From the NCBI GenBank assembly GCA_964016885.1, contig OZ024764.1, positions 24,180,001 through 24,244,000 of the forward strand: DNA of 64,000 nucleotides. The letters run 5' to 3'. Below, in pieces: positions 52,631-64,000 of this stretch. Origin of the DNA: Eledone cirrhosa. Taxonomy: Eukaryota. A program made the position numbers and the translations under genes. How positions within the stretch are numbered: position 1 is the first letter of the stretch; the number at the start of each line of letters is the position of its first letter. Below the pieces are notes generated by a model that worked only from the letters and a program-made list of their open reading frames with translations, was not told the DNA's origin and did no database searches.

Positions 52631-53285
52631 GTATGTTGTTATGTCCTTGAGCAAGACCCTTTATTTCACATTGTTCCTTCTACCTGGAGTTGCGACTGAT
52701 AGACATTATTAGCAATTGGAAAGACTAATGGAAACATTGTTTCCTCGGTGTCGATCAGCTGTTGATATATATATATATAGACACATACACATATATATAT
52801 ATATATATGCACACACACATATATATAGACACATACACATATATATATATATACACACACATATATGTATATATAGACACATACACACACATATATATAT
52901 AGACACATACACATATATATATATACACACACACATATATGTATAGACACATACACACACATATATATATAGACACATACACATATATATATATACACAC
53001 ACACATATGTATATATAGACACATACACACACATATATATATATATAGACACATACACACACATATATATATAGAGAGAGAGACAGATACACACAAATAT
53101 ATATAGACACACACACATATATATATATATATAGACACATAAACACATATATATATATATATAGACACATACACATATATATATACACACACATATATAT
53201 GTATATATAGACACATACACATATATATATATACACACACATACACAGTATAATCTGTTCTAACTTTCTTTTCTTCTCATTTCAG

Positions 53286-53735
53286 ATGTTAAATTCTCCT
53301 CCATGTCATCATCATCATCATCATCATCAGAATCTTCATTATCAATTTATTGTTGTTGTAATTGTTGCAATGTTAGGCAGCTGTTCCAACAGATGTGAAG
53401 CTACCCTCAACAGCCACCACAACCATCATCATCATCACACACTGGATCACACAAGTCTCGGCAACATCATGGCACCATCAGAAAACTCCTCACTATGTCT
53501 GTGGACTCCAACTCTGGATTACAATCCAACCAGAGTACCGTCCAGTCTTGTGTATGCCCAGTTCAGTCCACTCAGTCGATGTCCATCTGGTTATTCCTGT
53601 CAACCAGTCAATATTGAGGTGAAAGTCCTGCTGTTGTCATCTTTGGAAGATGACCAGTGTCAACACCGTCAACAACAAGTTACTGTAGCCTATGTCTGTA
53701 GTAAAATACATCATGTCTTAAGATTCTTGGACTAA
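53286..53735 (+). CDS. Interleukin-17-like protein, copy 2 (149 aa)
   Basis: Same translation as 25719-26159 except poly-His length (H7 vs H4) and adjacent Q vs E. Confidence 0.72.
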   Translation: MLNSPPCHHHHHHHQNLHYQFIVVVIVAMLGSCSNRCEATLNSHHNHHHHHTLDHTSLGNIMAPSENSSLCLWTPTLDYNPTRVPSSLVYAQFSPLSRCPSGYSCQPVNIEVKVLLLSSLEDDQCQHRQQQVTVAYVCSKIHHVLRFLD

Positions 53736-54555
53736 AACAATAGAAACAACATCAGTATAAGCTACACTGCACATAGCCAAGGCACACACAGCTGTGCTCG
53801 CTAAAGCAGGAATGATGTGCAATAATAAGAATATACCTCAAAAACCAAAATGTTCTCCTATAAAAGACTGTCTTGCTGGACATGTGTCCACATACTCAGG
53901 GAAGTACTGTCAGTCTAAGGTCTTTGTTGAGACACAACATCCACTAATTATTATATTGACTCTACAAACCATCAATAATAATTGTTTCTACTTTTGGCAC
54001 AAGGCCAGCAATTTTGGGGAGAGGGTGGGGGGGACAAATTGACCCCAGTGCATTACTGGTACTTTATTTTATTGACCCTGTATGAAAGGCAAAGTTAACC
54101 TCGGCAGGATTTGTACTCAGAAAATAAAGAACCGTAACTAGATGCCACAAAACCTTTTGTCTGACGCTCTACCGATTCTGCCAAATAATAGGACAGTTGT
54201 ATAGACAGGGAAGTAGTGTCTCAGGTGTTGAAGACCAGACATGACAGTAGCAGATCCAGTATTTACCATATTTATTGCCATTACTGATTCTGACATTATT
54301 TTTATCTTCTATTTTTCTGGCTTCAGGAATCAGTCTCTGGCCATGCTGGGGCACCACCTTCAACAGTTTTATCAGTTTCAACACAACTACTATTTCATGA
54401 TATTTATTTTTTCATACTCTGTTTGTCAAACCTCTAAGTCATGAGACATAAAATACATGACTCCAGTTGCATACAAGTGTACACTTGAACAGATGTAAAT
54501 ATATATATATATATACAGAAATATATACACACACATACATATACAAATATAAACA

Positions 54556-54634
<79 letters not shown>

Positions 54635-54690
54635 TATTACTTGTCAAATTTTTATATATAAAATATTTATTTTATATTATTTTTGTTCTT

Positions 54691-54763
<73 letters not shown>

Positions 54764-54933
54764 TACACACACATATATACATATATATATATACAGATAC
54801 ACATACACAAATATATATATATATATATATATATACACAAATATATATATACACACACAAATATATATATACACACAAATATATATATAAATATATACAC
54901 ATATATGTATATACATACATATATATATATATA

Positions 54934-54995
<62 letters not shown>

Positions 54996-55064
54996 TATAT
55001 ACATATACATATATTATATATACACAAATATATATACATGCAAAAATAATATATTTATATATAT

Positions 55065-56289
55065 ATCATCATCATCATTTTACGTCCGCTTTCCCCTGCT
55101 TGCAAGGGTGGGACGGGTCCTATTCAGCCCAGCATCTCTCCACTTGTCACGGTCCTTCGTCATCTCCACCGTGAGCTTCAATGATCTGAGGTCTGTTCTC
55201 ACCACCTCCGCCCATGTTTTTCGTGGTCTACCTCTACCACGTCTTCCTTCAACTGGCAATTCCTGGCACTTCTTCAGCCATCGGTCATCCTCCATGCGCA
55301 TCACATGTCCATACCACCTCAGTCTCCTCTCCCGTACACTACATTCTATCCCTCTCAGACACAGTTTCTCTCTCAACACATTTATGCTGGGTCGTTCACG
55401 CACATAGACATTGCACATCCAACGGAGCATGCTTGCCTCATTTCTCTCCAGCCGTCGCATATCCTCTGCAGTTGCTGCCCAAGTCTCACTACCATGCAGC
55501 ATCGCGCTCCTCACACAGGCATCATATAACCGGCCTTCCGTATGCAGGGAGAAACCCTTCTTCGTCAACAGAGGAAGCAGCTCCCTAAACTTCTTCCAAC
55601 CCATCCTTATTCTAGATACTATGGCCTCAGAACATCCCCCTCCTCTCACATGCTAATCTGAGCTCCTAGGTACCAGAAGCTATCCACCACTTCTATAGCA
55701 CCCTCCTGCATTTGAAAAATGTGTCTATCACTGCGAATTCTACTGTCAAATTTCCCTGTACATCTACTGCATATGTAGTTTTCCCTGCTATCCCACTACA
55801 TCTCTTGTGTACCCAGGATCTGCATTGTGTGCATTTTATAGAATTTATGCCATTTCCCTGATGGAATGAGAGTTTTGTCCTCTTTTCTACTTATCAACAC
55901 TTTAGTCTTAGCTAGGTTCACTCTCAGTCCTCTTGCTTCCAACTGCTGTTTCCATAGCCAGAATTTATTCTCTAGCTCCTCTACTGATTCTGCTATAAGA
56001 ACCATATCGTCAGCATAGAGAAGTTCCCATGGGCAGCCAGTCCTAAACTCCTCTGTTATGACTTGGAGGACTATAATGAACAAGAGTGGGCTGAGGACCA
56101 AACCTTGATGTACTCCTACTTGTATCTGGAATTCCTCACTAAACTCCATTCCTACCCTGACTTTACTGACAGCACCTCTGTACATAGCTTGCACTGTCCT
56201 CACAAGCCATTCCTCAACACCTAGTTTCCTTAGGGACCACCAGATGACAGATCGGGTACCCTATCAAAGGCCTTCTCTAGGTCAACAAT

Positions 56290-56290
<1 letters not shown>
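55065..56290 (-). mobile_element. Decayed RTE LINE (different subfamily, very short 3'UTR)
   Basis: [26 protein letters not shown]; (GAT)n tail; frameshifts. Confidence 0.88.
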
Positions 56291-56339
<49 letters not shown>

Positions 56340-56347
<8 letters not shown>

Positions 56348-59300
56348 ATAATAATATTATTTATACTTATATATACACTATATATAATTATAAACAGGAA
56401 AGATCAGTAAATATGACACTATTAATGACAACACTAACATCTACGTATCTTTACGATTGTTCTGTGGAATAGGAGGTTAATTATATGTCTAAACTTTGCT
56501 AGTGCTCCGATGATTCCAAACGAAAGTTTGGAAGAAACGATTGTCAGCAATAAAATGTTTTGAACATAGTTTTGATTATTCTGTAATTTATATTCCTGCT
56601 CTGTAAAACATCTGATGTATTTACATTGAGCTGTTTTTCTTACTGGTAATAAGGTAGTAATTAATTACTGACCTTTCCTGTTTATAATTATATATAGTGT
56701 ATATATAAGTATAAATAATATTATTATTATTATTAACTGCTCCATACTGTTGAGCTAACATACATTAAATTACCAGTACGCTGATCAAAGATTATCTTCC
56801 TATGTCTACTAAGAACATACCAATACCATCTAGGGATACGCACGAAAAATTATTGATTAATAGTGTCAACTCTTTTATCAATAGTGAGATGGAGGACATT
56901 CCATTACGATAGAAACCAAACAGACAAAAACAGAGATGCAAACAACTTTGACTCATATGGCTTTAAAACTTTTAAAAGCCCACCTCACAACACCTTATTA
57001 AACTCTTTCGAAAATGATCTAATAAAACTAGTTAAGAACATAAGGTACAGAAAACATTCTAATAGAAACACCTTAAACAACCTTAACTCCACTATGAGAG
57101 GATTTAATAATAAACAAAAAATTCTAGTACATGCTGATGAAACTAATAATATATATAGCCTGGATTACGATACATATAGAACATTTATATATAAAGAACT
57201 ACATAGGAGCTATAAGAAAACCACTATTAAAAACCTAGAGGATATAAATATAGAAGGCCATAGCATAGTATGTAAATTAGCCATACACCCCTAAACCCCC
57301 AATATTCTCTCTGAAAGACCATAAGAAAGACTTTAATAGTAACCCATCTATAAGACTAATTTGCCCTTCCAAATCTGACATTGGAATTATCAGCAAAAAA
57401 ATATTAGACAGAATCTAAGCAATTTAAGCATAAAATATATCTTAACCTGTGGGGAAATACTGGTGAAGTTATTGAATGGTTCAAGGGTATTAAAGAGAGT
57501 AAAAATAAAAAATGTATACAATTTGATATTAATTCATACTACACCTCTATTTCTCCTATCCTATTAAACGGCATTAATTATGGCTATGAACAATAGTGAC
57601 CTAACTAGATCCCAAATTGATGTCATCCTTGCAGCTCGTAAAACCATAATTGTATTTGAAGATCAATTATGGACCCGCAAGGATACATCTAACAACTTTG
57701 ACATAACTATGGGATCTAGTGACTTGGCGCAGGTCACTGATTTGGTGGGTCTATACCTACTTAATGAAATCCATAGGAATCTACCCTACCTCAATGGTGG
57801 TTTATACCGCAATGACTCACTTCTACTTATTGACTATAACAAATTTAATATAGAAAGCACTAGGAAACAATTGCATAAAATATTTAAAAACTTCAACTTA
57901 AGTATTACCTTAGATAAAAACACTAAAAACGTTAACTTCCTTGATGCTACCCTTTGCCTGGACCCCAAAATATATACACCCTTTCATAAACCAAACCAAA
58001 AACTACTTTATGTAGATACCGACTCTAACCACCCTAAATCTATATTAAACTCAATTACTAAAGGAATATCAAATAGAATCTCTAATCATATAATGAAACC
58101 ATATTTAACAGTAATTCCCAATACTATAATGAGGCCTTAGCTAAATCAGGCCATAAAAATGAGATTAGATTTTTACCTATAAAATCACATAGTTACAACA
58201 TTATTTCTCACAATATGACCATGAGGAAAAATAATAAAAGTACTAGCCACTCTAACTCTAATACGAAGGGTAATATCAAACTTAACTCGCACCAGAATAA
58301 ACACCCCAATAATAATATAAACAGAAATATAAACAATACCTCAAATAACATTACAAAAAACAAATAGAAGAACTAATACATTCTTCAATCCCCCTTTCAA
58401 TCTAAACGTCTCTACCAACTTACCGAAGGCTTTCTTCTCAATCTTAGAAAAAACTTCCCATCCAGCCACAAATACCATAATCTTATCAATAAAAACACCA
58501 TTAAAATCTCTTACTCTACCACACCTAACATCACATACCATATAGCTAGTAGTAATAAAATGAAGATTAATAATTATTTCCAACTAATTAAATCACAACA
58601 GGGGGTAAACTTACAGGGCAACATAGTACCAGAGATTTCTAGTAGCAATAATAGTAATAGCACTAATGAAATTAATAACAATGGGAACGACAACCATCAT
58701 TACCCTAATGCCATCCCTAACAACGAGACTTCTACACAACCAGAATAACTGTAACTGTAGAACAAATAGAACTTGCCCCTTAGGTAAAAATTGCTTAATC
58801 AAAGACATCATTTACTCATGCACGGTCAACACAAACAACTCTTCGAAAACATATATCAGTTCTACTTTGAACTGCTTCAAGACGAGATATAACTCGCATC
58901 TCCACACTTTCAAAAATCACAATCTAGCCAACTCCACTTCTTTATCTAGCTACATATACTCTCTGATATCTAGGAATAGACCATACACACTTCAATGGAA
59001 AGTAATAGATACGGCCGTATCGTATAAACCACCAAATAAATTATGTAACCTCTGTCTTCTAGAGACTCGCACTATAATCTATTCTAAGCTAAACCTCTTA
59101 AATAGAAAATCAGAAATGTTTTCCCTATGCCAACACAATCACCAACACTCTTTCCACAACTTCAAACCTAGATGCTAGTATATAACAATGTCAGATCTGA
59201 ATTCCTCACCACCATTAACACTTCACCTCTAGGTTTTATCAGCATATAATTACCCCCACAGCATCACACTCTATGATCAGCTCATTCCTCTACTTAACTC

Positions 59301-59400
59301 CTGTTTATCTCAGATCTTATACTCTACAATAACTATTAGGAATAAACATAAAGTTACCACCATTTAATATAACTACTATAACTTCCTTACTAATATTTCA
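56340..59400 (+). mobile_element. Decayed Penelope-like element (RT plus C-terminal GIY-YIG), probably Naiad-type
   Basis: Inverted pLTR arms (56340-56410 / 56665-56735); RT fragments ITMGS..LVGLYLL..GLYRNDSL, FLD, SNHP; CNCR..CPL..CL, IIY..TYI, CNLCLLE endonuclease region; many stops and frameshifts. Confidence 0.82.
56503..56549 (+). ncRNA. Hammerhead ribozyme in the Penelope pLTR (core variant CCGATGA)
   Basis: TGCT-CCGATGA-TTCCAAAC-GAAA-GTTTGGAA-GAAAC-GATT-GTC-AGCA. Confidence 0.8.
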
Positions 59401-59689
59401 TTCATTTAATTAATATATGGGTAGGAAGTGATAAAATGAGACTTTTATATGGACACACTAGAAGAGGAAGACCAAGGTTAACATATGTTGATGCCCTAAG
59501 GACAGACACTGGTCTGTTGGAGACACAGGACATGGCAGCGATAATGAGGGACAGAGACCGCTGGAGAGAACTCGTCCATGGATCTCGGGAATTTTACCCG
59601 CCTTAGATAGATATATAAATTTTAAAAATAAATAGCATTATATAAAAGGATTCACTTATAGCATAATATATTGTATATTAACACATAGA

Positions 59690-59965
59690 ATTTAACTAAT
59701 TGGAGTTGTAAACAACTATGATGTTCATTTCCTGGTCGGTAATGGGTGTAAGTGTTTTGGCGTAATCCAAAGCAGCCGTAAGGAATGGTTGGGTAATAGG
59801 GGCAGAGTAGTTCTCTGTCGAACTGGATGAGAGTGGTATTCCGTTTAGCCTTATCAAGGAGATGACTACCTGGGTACTAACCCAAAGGCTAAGCCTCGTG
59901 TTTTGCTTGACTTTGGGTATAACGCGATCCAGAAACCTATTATTGATCTTCCCTACATCCAACTA
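59690..59965 (-). mobile_element. Second Penelope-like RT fragment
   Basis: DVGKIN..FLDRV..LW.STQVVI..PITQPFL..ALDYA resembles the 57370-57640 region. Confidence 0.55.
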
Positions 59966-60313
59966 GCCTCCCCCACCGCTATGTATACGACATCCCAAAA
60001 TCTTTGATCACTCCCCGTGACAGAAAAGAAAAATAACAATTTTTAGAATTATTTGATATGATGCTACTGCTATGTTTTCATTGCATGCCCATATATGGAC
60101 TATACCCCTTGATAAGTTCAGCTAGATTACTACCGTCCTAGCACTACTGGGTTAGTTCAGATCTAGCTGTCGAAAGGCCGGAGCTCAGCCATCGGGGTCC
60201 TGACTCTTTTCCTATTACTCACTCTACTACCTTAAGTATTGAGTACTCTGGTGTATTGGTCCACCTGGTTCCTTGTTCCTTACCACACTTGCTTCAGTAT
60301 ATATATATATAGT

Positions 60314-60641
60314 GAAGGCACATGGCTTAGTGGTTAAAGCATTGGCCTTTCAATTGAAAGGTTGTGAGTTCAATTCTCAGACCGGGTGATGTGTTGTTTC
60401 CTTGAGCAAGACACTTTATTTCACATTGCTCCAGTTTACTCAGCTGTAGAAATGAGATGATAGGACTGGGGTCCCTATCATTTCACTGTAAAGTGGATGT
60501 GTAGGCGCCACGGAAAAAAAATCCCCCAGCCTCACTGTAAATGAGGTTGGTATTAGGAAGGGCATCCAGCTGTAGAGATCAAGCCAGAATCAGTTCCCGT
60601 CCCACCCTTGCAAGCAGGGAAAAGCGGACGTAAAATGATGA
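60314..60641 (+). mobile_element. CORE-type SINE, followed by a related SINE subfamily copy (~60660-60815)
   Basis: Matches 7076-7415; the second copy shares the head and CORE but has a different tail. Confidence 0.85.
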
Positions 60642-61057
60642 TATATATATATATATATGAAGGCGCATGGCTGAGTGGTAAGAGAATTGGATTCACAATC
60701 GCGAGGTTATGAGTTCGATTCCTGGACCAGGTGATGCGTTATGTCCTTGAGCAAGACACTTTATTTCACATTGCTCCTTCTACCTGAAGACCAACGGAAA
60801 CATTGTTTCCTTGGTCCAATTTGACGAAAGTCGATCGTTCCTTTTTATATACACACACACTATACCGGTCTATTCATATATGTATATATAGAGTATTTAA
60901 AAAAATAATATCGTTTTGGATGTAAATATCTCACCAACTACTGCTACATAATGTAAAGTAGTGTTTTAATATTGACTCATTCTAAGGAAGAAATCTTTTG
61001 TTCCTCAACATTGACCTCTTCAGTACCACAGACGAGATAACTCGTCCTATCATGTTT

Positions 61058-61435
61058 GAACTCCTTTCCCACAGTCCATAACTTCAAAGTTATCAACTCC
61101 CTTCCAACGGTTCATAACTTCAAAGTTATCAACTCCTTTCCAACAGTTCATAACATCAAAGTTATGAACTCCTTTCCAACAGTCCATAACTTCAAAGTTA
61201 TGAACTCCTTTCCAACAGTTCATAACTTCAAAGTTATCAACTCCTTTCCAACAGTTCATAACTTCAAAGTTATCAACTCCCTTCCAACAGTTCTTAACTT
61301 CAAACTTATGAACTCCTTTCCAACAGTTCATAACTTCAAACTTATGGACTCCTTTCCAACAGTTCATAACTTCAAAGTTATGAACTCCTTTCCAACAGTC
61401 CATAACTTCAAAGCTATCAACTCCCTTCCAACAGT
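61058..61435. repeat. 36-bp minisatellite (~10.5 units)
   Basis: Unit AACTCCTTTCCAACAGTTCATAACTTCAAAGTTATS. Confidence 0.9.
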
Positions 61436-61715
61436 AGCTACCTTCTTATCAGTATCAATGAGGGCAAACATAATAAACAACACAATATAATTATTTCATT
61501 TGTCTGACGAACGAACTGGATGTTTCTTGAAACCTTCAGTAATGAAATAATTATATTCTGGTACAATACATAGAGCACTCTTTTATTCCTTTACCTTTTC
61601 TACAGAAATACTTAACACACACATATCCCAGAAACTACCCCTCTATGTATATATATTGACTGCCAATACTGGAATTGAATAAGAACCGTAGCGGTATGTC
61701 ACATATCAAATCATA

Positions 61716-61778
61716 TATTTTGTCTGATGAAAACGTACTTAAACACCATTGTACCTTTGAAATATGTATAATAAAATA
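61716..61778 (+). ncRNA. Hammerhead ribozyme motif
   Basis: TATTTTGT-CTGATGA-stemII-GAAA-TATGTA-TA-ATAAAATA. Confidence 0.7.
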
Positions 61779-61821
61779 TCTATTTTGATTATGAGAATAT
61801 TTTTCATTTATTAACATTTTG

Positions 61822-61866
<45 letters not shown>

Positions 61867-61867
<1 letters not shown>

Positions 61868-62395
61868 TAGACCACCTGTGACCCGTTGGGTCACGTTCAC
61901 TTTAAAATATTTTTTTTAAATCATGTTCACTTAAAAATAATTTTTAAATAATTAAGATATACAGACTTGTATATCTTGTGAGATGAAACTGGAAGGCCCG
62001 TATATATATACTTGTATATATATATATATAAATGTTTGTGTTTGTATACACACATGTGTGTGGGTGTCTGTGATCTATATAGGCTAGTCATAGACACATA
62101 TATATATATATAAACAACAACACCACCAGCTCTCTCTCTCTCTAGTCTCCTCTGTCTCTCTTTCAATCTACTCTCTCACAAGCACTATCTTTTTCTCTCT
62201 CTATTTATGAGGGTACCTCAAAAAACCTCATATCTCGGGAACCTGTGCTTCGATTTACACAAAACTTGTTTTATTCCATTTGTATTCCCATTTCAGGGTC
62301 AACTTCCTTTCAAAGTATTTTCCCATTATGCCCCCTTTTGGCTATATTACATTACAGACAAGACACAATCACAGACTTTTAGTGGAATATATATA
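61867..62395 (-). mobile_element. Non-autonomous Helitron
   Basis: Minus-strand 3' end has hairpin GTGACCC-AAC-GGGTCAC then CTAG|T; 5' end approximate. Confidence 0.6.
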
Positions 62396-62549
62396 TTTCG
62401 GCATCCGGAGGTTGGCACAAATCTTTTCAAGGGCGGTGCCCCAGCATGGCCTCAGCCGGATGGCTGAAACAGGTAAAAGAGTAATATATAGTAATATTAA
62501 TAAATATGAAGACTAAAATCCGAAGAGGGCTCGATAAGGATTATATATA

Positions 62550-63728
62550 TATCATCATCATCATCAGGTTTAGCGTCCGTGTTCCACGCTTGCATGGGTT
62601 TGGACGGGGGTTTTCCCACTTGAGGCAAGAGTGGTTGTCTTGCTCGCATAGGACTGTCTGGCGGGTTTTCTACAGTTGGATGCCCTTCCTAACACCAACC
62701 ACATTTACAGTGTGGGGCTGGGAGGTTTTTACCGTGTTGCCTACACGGCCACATTACAGCGTGGACTGTCTGGCGGGTTTTCTACAGCTGGATGCCCTTC
62801 CTAACACCAACCACATTTACAGTGTGGGGCTGGGAGGTTTTTACCGTGTTGCCTACACGGCCACATTTACAGCGTGGACTGTGTGTTTTTTGTCGTGACA
62901 CCTACACGATCTCATTTGTTTCGGCCTGGATGTTGTGGGACCAACATAACTTTACATTGAAAGGGGCGGTGTGGGTTGGGTGGAGGTGGTTGGACGGGGG
63001 TGTGTTTTGATAGAGGTGCCTACTGACTGTAGTAGGTTTTTACTTTGTATTTAGGTAAGGCGGGTCTTCTCTATTACTGAGTACCGCCAAAGGTCTCGGT
63101 CCAGTGACATTGTCTTGGAGAGGTGTAAGCGTGTGAGGTCGGAATTTATCAGCTCGTCCCATGTTTTTCTGGGTCTGCCTACTCCGTGGCTACCGTCTAT
63201 CTTTATTGCCCTGCACTTTGTTATACAGCTGTCGTCTTTCATGCGCATCACGTGACCGTACCAACGTAGCCTTCTCTCGAGTAAACAACATCTGATCCCT
63301 CTTATTTCTAATTTTTTCCTTAGTTCGTTTATGCTTTGCCGTTCACGTATATTACTATTGCACATCCAGCGGAGCATGTAAGCTTCGTTCCTCTCTAGTC
63401 TGCGTATATCCTCTGCACACAATGCCCAGGTCTCACTGCCATGCAGCATTGCTGTTCGTATGCAGGCATCGTATAACCTGCCTTTCATTTTTAGGGAGAA
63501 CCCTCTAGCGGCTAATAGTGGTATAAGCTCTCTGAACTTTTTCCATCCAGTTCTGACTCTAGCTACTGTACTTTCAGAGCACCCTCCCCCACTGCTGATT
63601 TTGTCACCCAGATAACGGAAGCTGTCCACTATTTCTATAGAACCCTCTGCGCAGTTGAAGGAGCTAGTATTTTGTGGGCACTTGCTGCTACTTATTGCAC
63701 CAGAGCACCGGCCACATGTAAAATCTAT
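62550..63728 (-). mobile_element. 5'-truncated RTE LINE (open C-terminal frame 63051-63629)
   Basis: [22 protein letters not shown]; near-identical to 44463-44867; 3'UTR has 2 copies of the ~112-bp unit. Confidence 0.9.
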
Positions 63729-63931
63729 GTTAAATATATAAAACCATAAAACAAATATATATTAACATAACATAACAGTTTAAAATTTAAGCAAAGAATT
63801 GCTGCTTTCACCCTTAACTGGATCTAACTTTAATAAATATATATATATATTTCCCAGAAACTACCTCTAGATATTGTAAATTAGTGTTACAATGTTGACA
63901 GATTTTGAGTAATAATTCTGTTCAACATTAA

Positions 63932-64000
63932 CCCTTTAATGTTTAAACCAGCCAGAAGTCTCTACCTCTTTCTGTTGAAACTGGCTGTAACTGGTCGCTC
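63932..64000. mobile_element. Left end of another piggyBac-like element, cut off by the window edge
   Basis: TTAA|CCCTTTAATGTTTAAACCAGCC..AACTGGTCGCTC resembles the 12691 and 49398 left ends. Confidence 0.6.

Noticed and set aside
61050-61490. 12-aa repeat ORFs on both strands
   Set aside because: 36-bp minisatellite with no supporting gene structure

Overview
Repeat-dense, AT-rich animal genomic DNA. The SINE/RTE families, (TA)n load and IL-17-like genes suggest an octopus; this is inference. Host genes: (1) a single-ORF GCNA/ACRC gene (3837-6995; disordered region with a 39-bp coding repeat, SprT HExxH protease, Zn finger, HMG-like tail); (2) two nearly identical IL-17-like cystine-knot genes arranged head-to-head in a recent inverted segmental duplication (about 24.9-33.9 kb mirrored at 48.7-54.6 kb), each with a CCAAT/TATA promoter, a non-coding first exon and one coding exon. 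The remainder is mobile DNA. It includes TTAA-flanked piggyBac-like non-autonomous elements carrying a 72-bp satellite, one hosting a near full-length Tx1/L1 LINE and a 5'-truncated RTE. There are many RTE copies whose RT contains a PHD-type finger, tRNA/CORE-type SINEs sharing the RTE 3' tail, CR1 fragments, two non-autonomous Helitrons and a mariner-type MITE. There are also a decayed Penelope-like element and more than a dozen hammerhead-ribozyme motifs in fold-back cassettes within (TA)n tracts. Five minisatellites (48, 61, 80, 112, 136 bp) derive from LINE 3' segments. All calls are by eye; element boundaries are approximate unless junction bases are quoted.
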